Shown here: piece by piece, positions 1 to 9,460 of the stretch
Numbering within the stretch: the first letter of the stretch is position 1
Layout: every line of letters begins with the position of its first letter
Assembly (NCBI GenBank): GCA_963767925.1
Contig: CAVYGB010000002.1
Span: forward strand, 416,001-480,000
Length of the DNA: 64,000 nt
Source of the DNA: an uncultured delta proteobacterium
GTDB taxonomy: Bacteria > Myxococcota_A > Polyangia > Fen-1088
Reading direction: 5' to 3'
Notes under the pieces: generated by a model
The model's input: the letters and a program-made list of their open reading frames with translations, nothing else
Database searches by the model: none
What the model was told of the DNA's origin: nothing
Position numbers and translations under genes: made by a program

Positions 1-452
1 CATCTTCTCCGGCGCTGGGCATCCTGGTGCTGTTCGCGGTCGTCAAGAAGAACGCCATCTTGCAGATCGACCACACCAACCACCTGCGCGGCCGAGGGCA
101 TGGCCCGCGCTCGACGCCATCCTGCTGGCCAACAAGGACCGGCTGCGGCCCATCTTGATGACCACGCTGGCCTTCGTGGCCGGCATGATCCCGCTGGTGC
201 TGTCCGACGGGCATCGGCGCCGGGTTCAACCAGGCCACCGCCGGCGTGGTGGTCGGCGGGCAGATGCTGTCGCTGCTGCTGACCCTGGTGGCCACGCCGG
301 TCGCCTACTCGCTGTTCGACGACGCCCGCGCCTGGCTGGCCCGCCGCACCGGGAGCGCCGCCGGCAATCTCAATCCGGACGAGACCGGCGAGCTCCCCCT
401 CGACGGCAGCGCCCCCGCGCGCCCCGCCCTCCCCCAGCTCGCCCGCAACTGA
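1..452 (+). CDS. C-terminal end of an RND (AcrB/AcrD/AcrF-family) efflux transporter; partial and frameshifted in this sequence
   Basis: Motifs [30 protein letters not shown] and [25 protein letters not shown] are spread over several frames; stop at 450-452. Confidence 0.9.
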
Positions 453-512
453 CCCGGGCCGCGACGAGGGAGGCGGGTGCGGTCGGCGAGGTGGGCGGTG
501 GCGGGTGCGGTG

Positions 513-911
513 TCAGGGCTGGTCGGGGTTCGCGAGGCTCATCACCTCCCGCACCTCGATCGCCATGTTGAGGGGCTTGCCGTCCGGCCCCGGCGCCGCC
601 GAGGCGTGGGCGGCGATGGCCTGGGCCCGCTCCGGGCTGTCGACGTCGATGATCCAGTAGCCGGCCAGGAACTCCTTCGTCTCGGGGAAGACGCCGTCGG
701 TGATCGGCTGGCCACCCTGCCCGGCCCGCACCCGCCTGGCGCGGGCCGGGGGCGACAGGGCCTCGACGGCGACCAGCTCGCCCGCCTCCTGCAGGCCCTC
801 GTTGAGCGCGCGCCAGTAGTCGCCGTGGGCCTTCACCGCCTCGGGCGCCCAGCTGAAGATCTCGTAGCTCCCGTCGCCGCGCGGGGTGTTCATCATGAGC
901 ATGTATTTCAT
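513..911 (-). CDS. YciI/DGPF-family protein
   Basis: MKYMLMM start, [22 protein letters not shown] and IEVREV motifs. Confidence 0.9.
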   Translation of the reverse strand: MKYMLMMNTPRGDGSYEIFSWAPEAVKAHGDYWRALNEGLQEAGELVAVEALSPPARARRVRAGQGGQPITDGVFPETKEFLAGYWIIDVDSPERAQAIAAHASAAPGPDGKPLNMAIEVREVMSLANPDQP

Positions 912-916
912 CGCGC

Positions 917-1483
917 TCAGCCTACCCGGTAGCGGAGGTTGACCACACCCGCGGCGAGCGGGCGGCTGTCGATGAGCTGCAGGCGGGTGGTGGGCACCCC
1001 CTCCTCGAACAGCCGCTTGCCGGCGCCCACCACGATGGGCTGGACCAGGAGGTGAACCTCGTCGACGAGCCCCAGCGGCAGCAGGGAGCGGACCAGCGCG
1101 GCGCTGCCGAAGATGAGGATGTCTTGCCCGGGCTGCTGCTGGAGCTCACGAATTTTGCCCGCCACGTTGCCGTCGAGGATGGTCGTGTTGTTCCAGTCGG
1201 CCCGCTTCAGGGTGTTCGAGGCGACGTATTTCGGGAGGCTGTTGAGCCGGTCGGCGATGCCCATCTCGTTGTTCTTCAGCCTGGACCAGTACTGCGACAG
1301 CATCTCGTAGGTGACCCGCCCGAACAGCAGGGCGTCGGCGGCGTGGATGGCGGCGTCGATGATCTGCCCGCGCTCGTCGGTGTGGTAGGGGGCGAACCAG
1401 GTGTCCAGGGTGCTCGCGTCGAACACCCCGTCCAGGGTGGTCCACTCCGAGGCGATGACCTTTCTCGTCCGTGCTTTTTCCAT
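917..1483 (-). CDS. Dihydrofolate reductase/RibD C-terminal domain protein
   Basis: TTLDGVF, LLFGRVTYE, GSAALVRSL, LVDEVHLLVQPIVVGAGKRLF; ATG at 1483 with AAGGAAGG RBS. Confidence 0.9.
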   Translation of the reverse strand: MEKARTRKVIASEWTTLDGVFDASTLDTWFAPYHTDERGQIIDAAIHAADALLFGRVTYEMLSQYWSRLKNNEMGIADRLNSLPKYVASNTLKRADWNNTTILDGNVAGKIRELQQQPGQDILIFGSAALVRSLLPLGLVDEVHLLVQPIVVGAGKRLFEEGVPTTRLQLIDSRPLAAGVVNLRYRVG

Positions 1484-1509
1484 GGTGCGTACCTTCCTTT
1501 CACCGGCTG

Positions 1510-1536
1510 GTCGGAGCCGCCGGGCGGGGCTCGACA
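1510..1536 (-). promoter_or_regulatory. Putative ECF42-type promoter (TGTCGA-N17-CGAC)
   Basis: Minus strand reads gaTGTCGA gccccgcccggcggctc CGAC with an A-rich tract upstream, ahead of the DHFR-YciI pair; a matching motif is at 58754-58779. Confidence 0.65.
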
Positions 1537-1810
1537 TCGCGGGCGCGATTTTCTTCTCGGGGAGGACTTTGCGTCCTGCGCAGCGCGCTGAATGCCCGGC
1601 CTGCCCCGTAGGCCGGGCCGGCAGGCGGGACGATTTGCGGGTTCCACCCACAGCGCCGGCGCCGGCCGGGGCCGGCGCCGGTCGCCGCCGCCGGGCATGA
1701 TCGGCGGGGCGTGGCGTCGGCGCCGGCCCGGAGCCGCGCGGGGCGGCGGAAAGGACGGGATGCGAGAGCCACGGCAGGCCGCAAAGGTTCCCCCGGCGGC
1801 GGCGCGCGCG

Positions 1811-2629
1811 ATGAACGCGCCGGAGGTTCGGCCACTGCGCCCCGCGATCCGGGCGGGATCAGCGGGGCGGTTCGGCCGAGAGCCGAGGTTTCCCGGAAGG
1901 GCGCCGCTGGCGGGGTCGGCGGCGCGCTTCGGGGGGGTGCTGGCCCTCGCGCTGCTCGCGGGGTGTGCGCGGCAGGCGGGGGGGCGGGCGGCGAGCGGGG
2001 CGATGGACACCGTGAGGGAGAAGGTCCAGCAAGGCGCACCGCCGGAGCAGAGCCCGGTCGAGATCGTGGCCGGCCGGGCCGTCGATGGCGCCCTCGATCG
2101 CCTGACCGCGCCCGAACACGTGGCGGCCCTGCGCCGGCTCATCGAGGAAGCAGCTGCTGGCGCGGTGGCCAGCGCGCTCCACGCTGCCGGCGACCCGCAG
2201 GCCGGTGAGGACGACGGACGGCTCGACCGGCTGGCCACCCGGGCGGCGACCGCGGTGCGGACCGCCCTGGCCGCGGGCCTCGTCGAGGACCTCGGCCCGC
2301 AGGGGCGGGGCCCCCTCGGCCACAGCTTCGCGGCGACGGTGGGCAGCGCGACCGGCTCGGCGACAGACGCCGCCCTCGCCCGCCTCGACTGCGAGCCGGG
2401 AGACGCCCGCTGCCTCGATCGCCGCCTGGCCGAGATCAGCCAGAGCGCCGCCAACGGCTTTCTGCGCGGCGTGCGCGATTCGCTGGGCGTCGGCCTGCTG
2501 ATCCTCGCCTTTCTCGCCGGCGCCGCCGCCGCCACCATCGTGAGCCTCGGCATCGCCCTCGCCCGCCGTCCCCGCCCCCCCACCCCGGTCGCCGACCGCC
2601 CCCGCGACTGGGCCGTCAAACCCGGCTGA
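1811..2629 (+). CDS. Hypothetical lipoprotein with C-terminal transmembrane helix (start uncertain)
   Basis: Lipobox-like LALLAGC, Ala-rich helical body, hydrophobic C-terminal segment. Confidence 0.6.
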   Translation: MNAPEVRPLRPAIRAGSAGRFGREPRFPGRAPLAGSAARFGGVLALALLAGCARQAGGRAASGAMDTVREKVQQGAPPEQSPVEIVAGRAVDGALDRLTAPEHVAALRRLIEEAAAGAVASALHAAGDPQAGEDDGRLDRLATRAATAVRTALAAGLVEDLGPQGRGPLGHSFAATVGSATGSATDAALARLDCEPGDARCLDRRLAEISQSAANGFLRGVRDSLGVGLLILAFLAGAAAATIVSLGIALARRPRPPTPVADRPRDWAVKPG

Positions 2630-2690
2630 CCGCCCCCCGGGCCGAATTAGAATTCGGCTACTCGGGAGATGATCGAAGCAAGTCCGCCAG

Positions 2691-2745
2691 CCGTTCGCCC
2701 TCGCCCCGCGGCAGCGGGGAGAGGGAGGGGTGAGGGGCTCCGGCG
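2691..2745. repeat. REP-like hairpin element, single copy between convergent genes
   Basis: CCGTTCGCCCTCGCCCCGCGGCAGCGGGGAGAGGGAGGGGTGAGGGGCTCCGGCG; near-identical to copies at 29.7-29.9, 44.05-44.75, 49.76 and 55.7-56.5 kb. Confidence 0.85.
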
Positions 2746-2753
2746 TCAGCGGT

Positions 2754-3842
2754 TCACACCGTTCGTCGCTCCAGACGAGAACCGTCGGGCTGAAACAGGT
2801 GCAGGCGGTCCCGGCGCAGGCGCAGGGGGAGCTCGGCCCCCTCGGTCACCGCCTGCTCGGCCGGGACCAGCACCCGCAGGGGCTGGCCGTCGAGCTGGGC
2901 GTGGCAGAGCAGGGTCGCGCCGAGCGGCTCGACCAGATCGATCCGGACGCGGCCGTCGGCCTCCCGGTCGTCTCCCTCGGCGCCGAGGAGCACGTCCTGC
3001 GGGCGCACGCCGAGGTCGAGGGGAGCGCCCTCTGGCAGATGCGCGGGCAGGTCGGGCAGGCGCAGGGTCAGGCCAGCGCAGCTCAGCGCCCCACCAGGGG
3101 CGACCCGCGCGGGCAACACGTTCATCTCGGGCGAGCCGACGAAGCTGGCGACGAAGCGGCTGGCCGGGCGCTGGTAGACCTCGAGAGGTGGGGCCACCTG
3201 CTCGAGCCGGCCGGCCCGCATGACCGCCACCCGATCGCCGAGGGTCATCGCCTCCTCCTGGTCGTGGGTGACGTAGACCATGGTGGCGCCAAGCCGCCGC
3301 TGCAGGCGCCCCAGCTCGGTGCGGGTGTGGACGCGCAGCTTGGCGTCGAGGTTGGAGAGCGGCTCGTCGAGCAGGTAGGCCCGGGCCTGGCGGGCGATGG
3401 CCCGCCCGAGCGCCACCCGCTGGCGCTGGCCCCCGGAGAGCTGGCCCGGCTTGCGGTCGAGCAGGCCGGCGAGGTCGAGCAGCGCGGCCACCTCGCCCAC
3501 CCGGGCCGCGATGGCGGCGCGCTCCACCCCCCGCATGCGCAGCCCGAAGGCGAGGTTCTCGCGCACGCTCTTGTGCGGGTAGAGGGCGTAGTCCTGGAAG
3601 ACCATGGCCACGTCGCGGGCCTGCGGCGGCGCGGCGGTGACGTCCTCGCCGTCCATCCAGATGCGCCCGGCCCCGGGCTGCTCGAGGCCGGCCAGCAGCC
3701 GCAAGATCGTGCTCTTGCCGCAGCCCGAGGGGCCCACCAGCACGAACAGCTCGCCGTCGGCGATCTCGAGGTCGAGATCGTCGACCGCCCGCTGGCCCCC
3801 CGGGAACTGCTTGCGCACGCCCTGCAGGCGAATGGCGGCCAT
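2754..3842 (-). CDS. Carbohydrate ABC transporter ATP-binding protein (MalK/UgpC family)
   Basis: Walker [37 protein letters not shown]-terminal TOBE-like region. Confidence 0.95.
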   Translation of the reverse strand: MAAIRLQGVRKQFPGGQRAVDDLDLEIADGELFVLVGPSGCGKSTILRLLAGLEQPGAGRIWMDGEDVTAAPPQARDVAMVFQDYALYPHKSVRENLAFGLRMRGVERAAIAARVGEVAALLDLAGLLDRKPGQLSGGQRQRVALGRAIARQARAYLLDEPLSNLDAKLRVHTRTELGRLQRRLGATMVYVTHDQEEAMTLGDRVAVMRAGRLEQVAPPLEVYQRPASRFVASFVGSPEMNVLPARVAPGGALSCAGLTLRLPDLPAHLPEGAPLDLGVRPQDVLLGAEGDDREADGRVRIDLVEPLGATLLCHAQLDGQPLRVLVPAEQAVTEGAELPLRLRRDRLHLFQPDGSRLERRTV

Positions 3843-3865
3843 GGGCTATCGCCCCTCCGTCCGGG

Positions 3866-4684
3866 TCATCGGATCGACCCCGCGGTCAGGCCGCCCACGA
3901 TGCGACGCTGGAAGACCAGCACCAGCAGGACCACGGGCAACGTCGAGAGGACGGTGGCGGCGAGGATCTGGCCCCAGGGGATCTGGTGCTGGCCGCGGAG
4001 CAGGGCCACCGCCACCGACACCGTCTGCCGCTCGGGACCGGTGGTGAAGGAGAGGGCGAACAGGAACTCGTTCCAGCAATAGATGAAGGTCAAGATGGCG
4101 GTGGTGGCGAGGCCGGGCATCGCGATCGGCAAGACGATCTCCCAGAGGGTGCGCAGGCGGCCGGCGCCGTCCACCATGGCCGCCGCCTCCAGGTCCCGGG
4201 GGAGCTGGCGGAAGTAGCCGGTCAGCAGCCAGACCACCAGCGGCATGGCGAAGGTGAAGTAGGGCAACACCAGGCCGGGGTAGGTGTTGATCAGCCCGAG
4301 CGCACGCAGGCCGAGGTAGAGGGGCGAGACGACCGCGATCTGCGGGAAGACGCTCACCGCGAGCACGAGGGCGGTCAGGGCGTTGCGCCCCCGGAACTGC
4401 AGGCGGGCGATGGCGTAGGCGGCCAGGGCGCCCAGCGAGACACAGACAACCGTGGTGGAGGCCGCCACCACCAGGGAGTTCCGGAGCGGCATCCAGAAGT
4501 CGCGCTCGGCGAACAGGGCCCGGTAGTGCTCGAGCCCGAGCCGGTCGGGGCGCAGGCCCACCCCCTGGTAAAGGTGGGCCTCGGGCAGCAACGAGGAGAT
4601 CAGCGCCCAGTAGAGGGGAAAGGCGATGGCGAGCACGAGCGCCCCCACCGCTGCCCGGGCCGCCCAGCGCCCGAAGCCCGTCAC
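3866..4684 (-). CDS. Carbohydrate ABC transporter permease (MalG type)
   Basis: EAA-loop LEAAAMVDGA, WNEFLFAL, GGLTAGSIR C-terminus. Confidence 0.95.
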   Translation of the reverse strand: MTGFGRWAARAAVGALVLAIAFPLYWALISSLLPEAHLYQGVGLRPDRLGLEHYRALFAERDFWMPLRNSLVVAASTTVVCVSLGALAAYAIARLQFRGRNALTALVLAVSVFPQIAVVSPLYLGLRALGLINTYPGLVLPYFTFAMPLVVWLLTGYFRQLPRDLEAAAMVDGAGRLRTLWEIVLPIAMPGLATTAILTFIYCWNEFLFALSFTTGPERQTVSVAVALLRGQHQIPWGQILAATVLSTLPVVLLVLVFQRRIVGGLTAGSIR

Positions 4685-6876
4685 CGGCGGGTCCCTTCGC
4701 TGGCGCCAGGCCCGGCGCCGGCGAGCGCGCGGGTGTACAGGAGGGCCAGGCCGAAGGCCACCGCGAACACCACCACCGAGAGGGCCGAGCCGTAGCCGAA
4801 GCGCAGGTGGTGCAGCAGGGCGGCGAAGGTGTAGAGCGCCACCGGCTCGGTCGCCGTGCCGGGGCCGCCGCCGGTCAGCACGTAGACCAGGTCGAAGACG
4901 CGGAAGGCGTCGAGGCTGCGAAAGACCAAGACCACCAGCAGCGCGGGACGCAGCAACGGCAGCGTGATGTGCCAGAGCTGGCGGGCCGGGGTGGCCCCGT
5001 CAGTCCGGGCGGCCTCGTACAGGCGCGGGTCGATGCTCTGCAGCCCGGCCAGCAGCAGCAGGGCCACGAAGGGGGTCGTCTTCCAGATGTCGGCGAGCAG
5101 CAGGGGGACCCAGGCCAGCAGCGGCCGGGAGAACCAGGCCGGCCCGGCGTCGACGAGGCCGCTGGCGGCGAGCAACCGGTTGACCACCCCGACGTCGGCG
5201 AACATGAACTGCCAGACCAGCGCCGCCACGACGGTGGGCAGGGCCCAGGGCAGCAGGACGGTGGTGCGGAGCAGGCCGCGCCCGCGGGTCACGTGGTGCA
5301 GGGCGAGGGCCAGCACCAGGCCCAGCACGACCTCGGCGCCGACGGTGATGGCGGTGAACACCGCCGTGTGGGCCAGCGCCTCCCAGAAGCGGGCGGCGCC
5401 GAGCAGCTCGCCGTAGTTGGCCAGGCCGATGAAGGGGCGGCCCTGGGCGGGCAAGCGGAGGTCGTGCTGGTGCAGCGACTCCCACGCCGTCCAGAGCAGC
5501 GGGGCGAACCCCACGAGGGCCATCACGGTGAGGGCAGGGGCGAGCAGCGCCCAGGCGACCGGTCCATCGGCGCTCCGCTCGGGGGCGTCGGGTTCGCCGC
5601 GGCGGCGATGGCGGCGGCGGCGCCAGAGGAGAGCCGCCGCGGCGAGGACGAGCGCGAGCAGGGTGGCCCCGGCGAGGGGCGCCCGGCCGCCGGCCGTCGG
5701 GCGCGCGGTGGCCTGGGCCAGGATCCGCCGCATGCGCTCGGCCGCGGCGGCGAGGGCGGCGGCGGGCGCCTTCTGCCGGGTGAGGGCGGCGTGCAGCTCC
5801 ACCTGCAGCGCCGCCGAGGTCTCGGCGTAGAGCGGTGTCACCGGCCGGGCCACCGCCCGCTCGACGATGGCCCGCACGTCCGCCACCGGCACGGAGAGCG
5901 CGCGGGCCAGGCGCGGATCGTCGTAGAGGGATCGCCGCGCCGGGTATTGCCCCGCCAGGCGCGCCCGCTCGAGGCTCTGCTCGGGCGCGGTGAGGAAGCG
6001 GACCAGCTCGACCGCCGCCTCCGGGTGCGCCGAGCGGGCGTTGACCGCCAGCCGCGCCCCGCCGAGCGCCGCCGCCGGACGCCCGCCCGGCCCGGCCGGC
6101 AAGGCGGCCACCCCCACCCGCCCGGCCACCTGCGACCCCGCCGCGTCCGCCAGCAAGGGATAGGCGTAGGGCCAGTTGCGCATGAAGGCCGCCTGCCCGT
6201 TCTGAAAGGCGAAGCGCACCGGCTCCTCCTGCCAGGCCAGCGCAGCCTCCGGCACCAGCCCGGATCGCACCGAATCGCACATGAAGGCGAGCGCCCGCAG
6301 CGCCGCAGGCTCGTCGAGCCGCACCCGCCCCCCCTCGTCGAGGATCCGCCCGCCGAACGCCGCCAGGTGCTCGACGAACACCGTGACGAGCCCCTCGTAG
6401 CGGGCCCCCTGCCAGACGAACCCGTAACGGGCTCGCCCCGACCGCACCAGCGCCAGCCCCTGGTCCCGCAGCGCCAGGAGGTCCACCGGCGGCGCCGGCA
6501 CCAGGTCCCGCCGGTAATACAACATCCCCACGTCGACGAAGATCGGCAGCGCGAACAGCCGCCCCTCGAAGCGATCCGCCGCCAGCACCTGGGGAAAGAA
6601 GTCCGCCGCCTCGCTCTCGAGCGCGTCGAGCGGTCGAACCCACCCCGCCGAAGCCAGCTCCGGCGTCCAGACCACATCGAGCTGGAGAACATCGGGCTGC
6701 CGCGCCCCCGCGTTCAACCACTGCACATAGAGATGGTGCCGCTGATCCGCCCCATCCGGCGTCGGCTGCCGCGTGACCGTCCACCCCCGCTGCCCCCGCT
6801 CGAACGCCGCAAGCTGCCGTTCGAACACGGCCCCCTCCGCCCCCACCGCACTCCCAGAGAACACCAGCTCCGGCAT
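4681..6876 (-). CDS. Fused sugar-binding protein + MalF-type permease (trehalose/maltose-like); start uncertain
   Basis: N-terminal SBP (PDVLQLDVVW, QGARYEGL, FMRNWPY), a TM linker, then permease (DIWKTTPF, LYEAARTDGA, GGGPGTATE) in one open frame. Confidence 0.85.
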   Translation of the reverse strand: MPELVFSGSAVGAEGAVFERQLAAFERGQRGWTVTRQPTPDGADQRHHLYVQWLNAGARQPDVLQLDVVWTPELASAGWVRPLDALESEAADFFPQVLAADRFEGRLFALPIFVDVGMLYYRRDLVPAPPVDLLALRDQGLALVRSGRARYGFVWQGARYEGLVTVFVEHLAAFGGRILDEGGRVRLDEPAALRALAFMCDSVRSGLVPEAALAWQEEPVRFAFQNGQAAFMRNWPYAYPLLADAAGSQVAGRVGVAALPAGPGGRPAAALGGARLAVNARSAHPEAAVELVRFLTAPEQSLERARLAGQYPARRSLYDDPRLARALSVPVADVRAIVERAVARPVTPLYAETSAALQVELHAALTRQKAPAAALAAAAERMRRILAQATARPTAGGRAPLAGATLLALVLAAAALLWRRRRHRRRGEPDAPERSADGPVAWALLAPALTVMALVGFAPLLWTAWESLHQHDLRLPAQGRPFIGLANYGELLGAARFWEALAHTAVFTAITVGAEVVLGLVLALALHHVTRGRGLLRTTVLLPWALPTVVAALVWQFMFADVGVVNRLLAASGLVDAGPAWFSRPLLAWVPLLLADIWKTTPFVALLLLAGLQSIDPRLYEAARTDGATPARQLWHITLPLLRPALLVVLVFRSLDAFRVFDLVYVLTGGGPGTATEPVALYTFAALLHHLRFGYGSALSVVVFAVAFGLALLYTRALAGAGPGASEGTRR

Positions 6877-7126
6877 GGAAGCGCCATCATAGAGGATCAC
6901 CAGCGCTGCGCCCGCGCGCCGGGGCAATTCGCCGCGATTCACGCCGAGGGTTGGTCCCAGGTGAGGGCGAGCCCCGGCGATGGCGGGCGCCTCGGGCGCG
7001 CGAACCGCCGGGGCGCGAACCGCGGGGGAGCGGGGTGCGCGAGCGGGGTGCGGGGTGCGGGAGCGGGCCCGGCATCGCGCGCGGGGAACGTGGTCTCGGC
7101 TGCGAGCGGGCGGTGGGACCGTCCGT

Positions 7127-7498
7127 TCAGAGGACGATCGCGATGGGGCCGGGCAACGGCGCGGCGGGCGCGGCGAGCTGGGCGAGCAGACGGTGGACCT
7201 CCACCATGAGCGCCGCGACCGGCATCTCGCCCAGCAGCGGCCCGGGTCCACGCGACAACTTCTCGAGCCCCTTGCCGAGGAGCCCGGCCGCCGGACCGCG
7301 CCGCCCACCCTGCAGGTGGTGCAGCCCCGCCGCGATCTGGATGAGCCCCTGAACCCGCACCCGCTCGATCCCGACGGGCGCGTGCCAGACATCCTCCCAG
7401 TGCTCGTGCGCCTCGAAGTACCGCCCAGCATTGAAGGCCACCCGTCCCTCTTCGAGCCGCTCCCGCCAGAGGTCCTTCGCACCCGGGGACACCAGCAT
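7127..7498 (-). CDS. DUF309 domain protein
   Basis: FNAGRYFEAHEHWEDVW and QGLIQIAAGLHH. Confidence 0.9.
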   Translation of the reverse strand: MLVSPGAKDLWRERLEEGRVAFNAGRYFEAHEHWEDVWHAPVGIERVRVQGLIQIAAGLHHLQGGRRGPAAGLLGKGLEKLSRGPGPLLGEMPVAALMVEVHRLLAQLAAPAAPLPGPIAIVL

Positions 7499-7766
7499 CG
7501 ACTGTGGCACGTCGCCCGGAGATCCGGCAAGGCGGCCACCGGTCGACCCCGTACGGTCCCCCCTCACCACCAGCTCGCCCACTCGCCCCCTTTTCACCAC
7601 TCGCCCACCCGCCCGCGGGCCCCCTTCCCACTCGCCGACTCGCCGGCGCGGACTCGCCCTCACGGCGGCGGGACCTTGCCCGTGATGTGCGCCGGCGTTA
7701 CCTTGGCCCGGGGTGGACGGCGGGTTGTCGTCGCGCCCAGGATTCACCCGACGGAAGGCCACGGCG

Positions 7767-8102
7767 ATGAAGAAATTTCTCGTTCTCTACAAGGCCCCCA
7801 CCGCATCGTTCGAGCAGATGATGAAGGCCACGCCGGAGCAGCAGAAGGCCGGCATGGACGCCTGGATGGCCTGGGCCACCAAGGCCGGCCCCTCGATCGT
7901 CGACATGGGCGCCCCCCTCGGCAAGAGCCTCCAGGTCACCCCCACGGGCGCCTCCCCCATCAAGAACGACCTCGGCGGCTACTCGATCATGCAAGCCGAC
8001 TCCAAAGAAGCCCTCGCCGAGACCATGAAGGGCCACCCCCACTTCATGACCCCCAGCGGCACCGTCGAAATCACCGAGCTGATGCCCCTCCCCGGCACGT
8101 AG
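7767..8102 (+). CDS. YciI-like dimeric alpha/beta-barrel protein
   Basis: MKKFLVLY...AWMAW...DMGAPL...GGYSIMQADS...HPHF...VEITEL pattern. Confidence 0.75.
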   Translation: MKKFLVLYKAPTASFEQMMKATPEQQKAGMDAWMAWATKAGPSIVDMGAPLGKSLQVTPTGASPIKNDLGGYSIMQADSKEALAETMKGHPHFMTPSGTVEITELMPLPGT

Positions 8103-8305
8103 ACGCCCGGGCGCCAGGTGACGCCGGGGCGCCGGGGCCTCGATCGCCAATCGGCGGCCGCGGTCCCCGCCCGTGGCGGCCTGGGAGGTCGAGCACCCGC
8201 AGCCTCGACTTGGAGCTCTCACGCCCGGGTCGCTCCGCCAGTGGCCCCGTTCCGACCTCGGACACCCGCCCGACGTGAAATCCTCCCGCCTCGAGCGGAA
8301 CGGTC

Positions 8306-8334
8306 TTGATCTTTTACTGCGATCATACTATTAT
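8306..8334 (+). promoter_or_regulatory. Sigma70-type promoter of the transposase fragment
   Basis: TTGATC-N17-TATTAT in an AT-rich patch, 12 nt before ATG 8347; overlaps a TGATC-N9-GATCA inverted repeat. Confidence 0.55.
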
Positions 8335-8346
8335 CGCCCCATTCAA

Positions 8347-8643
8347 ATGACAATTGGCCCGCGTTGCGCTCAGCTCGCCTTGCCCCGGACCGGCGGGTGG
8401 GGAGGGCGACGGAGAGGGGCCGGGCGGCCGCCGATTCCGGGGCGGAGGCGGCTGGTGCCGCATCGGACGCGGCTGGCGCACAAGGGGGCTCACCCTTTGC
8501 ACGTGACCTTGCGCGCGAGGGCGGGCTTGCTCTCGCTGCGGTCGAAGCGGGTGTTCGGGGTGCTGCGGGCGTGTTTCCGGGCGGCGAGCCCGGCGGCCTT
8601 CCGGGTGGTGCAGTTTTCGGTGCAGGCCAACCACGTGCACCTG
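8347..8643 (+). pseudogene. 5' fragment of a RAYT/IS200-like (Y1 HUH) transposase
   Basis: GWGGRRRGAGRP, PLHVTLR, FRVVQFSVQANHVHL (HUH motif); similarity ends right after HUH. Confidence 0.8.
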
Positions 8644-8644
8644 C

Positions 8645-9085
8645 GCAGAGCGTTTGTGGCAGGCGCTGCCCGCTTTCGAATGGAGATGTTCGCTCCGGAC
8701 CTGGGTGTATCGCCTGGCACGGACCGCCTCGGCCGACGTCCATCGAAGGGCTCAGCGCCGCGCTCGCCACGAAGTTCGGCCCGCTACCTCAGCCGCCTAC
8801 GAAGAGCTCCAGGCCGAGGTGCGCACCGGAACCCTCTCGATGCTGAAGACGGCCAGGCGCGCGGAGCTCGAGCGGCTCCGCGACGAGTTGCCCGCAGAGG
8901 ATCGCCTGCTGCTGATCTTGCGGGTGGATCGTGATCTTTCCTGGCGTGACGTGGCCCTGGTGGTGTCGGATCTCTCAGAGAGCGCGGAGGAGACACTCGC
9001 GCAGGAGGCCGCCCGCCTGCGCAAGCGGTTCCAGCTCGTCAAAGATCGCTTGCGTGAAGCGGCTCGAGCGCGGCAGCTGATCTGA
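8645..9085 (+). pseudogene. 3' fragment of a myxobacterial-type ECF sigma factor (N-terminus missing)
   Basis: LWQALPAFEWRCSLRTWVYRLAR (region 2) and EDRLLLILRVDRDLSWRDVA...ARLRKRFQ (region 4). Confidence 0.75.
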
Positions 9086-9091
9086 ACGTGC

Positions 9092-9410
9092 TCACTCGGC
9101 CGGCGGGGGCGCCGGGCGTGGCAGTCGGCTGGCGAGGAACTCGCGCCAGCCAGGCGGGGCCCAGGCCAACCGTCTGTCCTCCTGGGGCTTCGAGGGGATC
9201 CCTCCTCCTGGCGGAAGACCTCTGGCCCGGTGGGGTTGTACGTCCGGGAGCAGGAGAGAAAGGCCGGAGAGACCCCGATCGGGACGGAGGCCGACCCGGG
9301 CGTTGCTCAGCGCGACCCGAAACGTGGCAATGCCGGCCCGATCGAACACGGCGAACTCCTCGAGCCGGTCGATGAAGCTTCCGATGTCGACGTAGTCGGA
9401 TCCTCGAGGA
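9092..9410 (-). pseudogene. Possible C-terminal remnant of a clostripain-like (peptidase C11) protein
   Basis: DYVDIGSF...SGLSLLLP...WREFL pattern resembles C11 C-termini; no N-terminal part present. Confidence 0.35.
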
Positions 9411-9460
9411 GGATCCGGCCCCCGCCGCCATTGCCGCCCGGCCTCGCCGGCGACCTGCGC

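Noticed and set aside
7570..7660. Short (A/G)CTCGCC(C/G) repeats upstream of DUF309
   Set aside because: Irregular spacing in a C-rich low-complexity tract; not enough to call an operator array.
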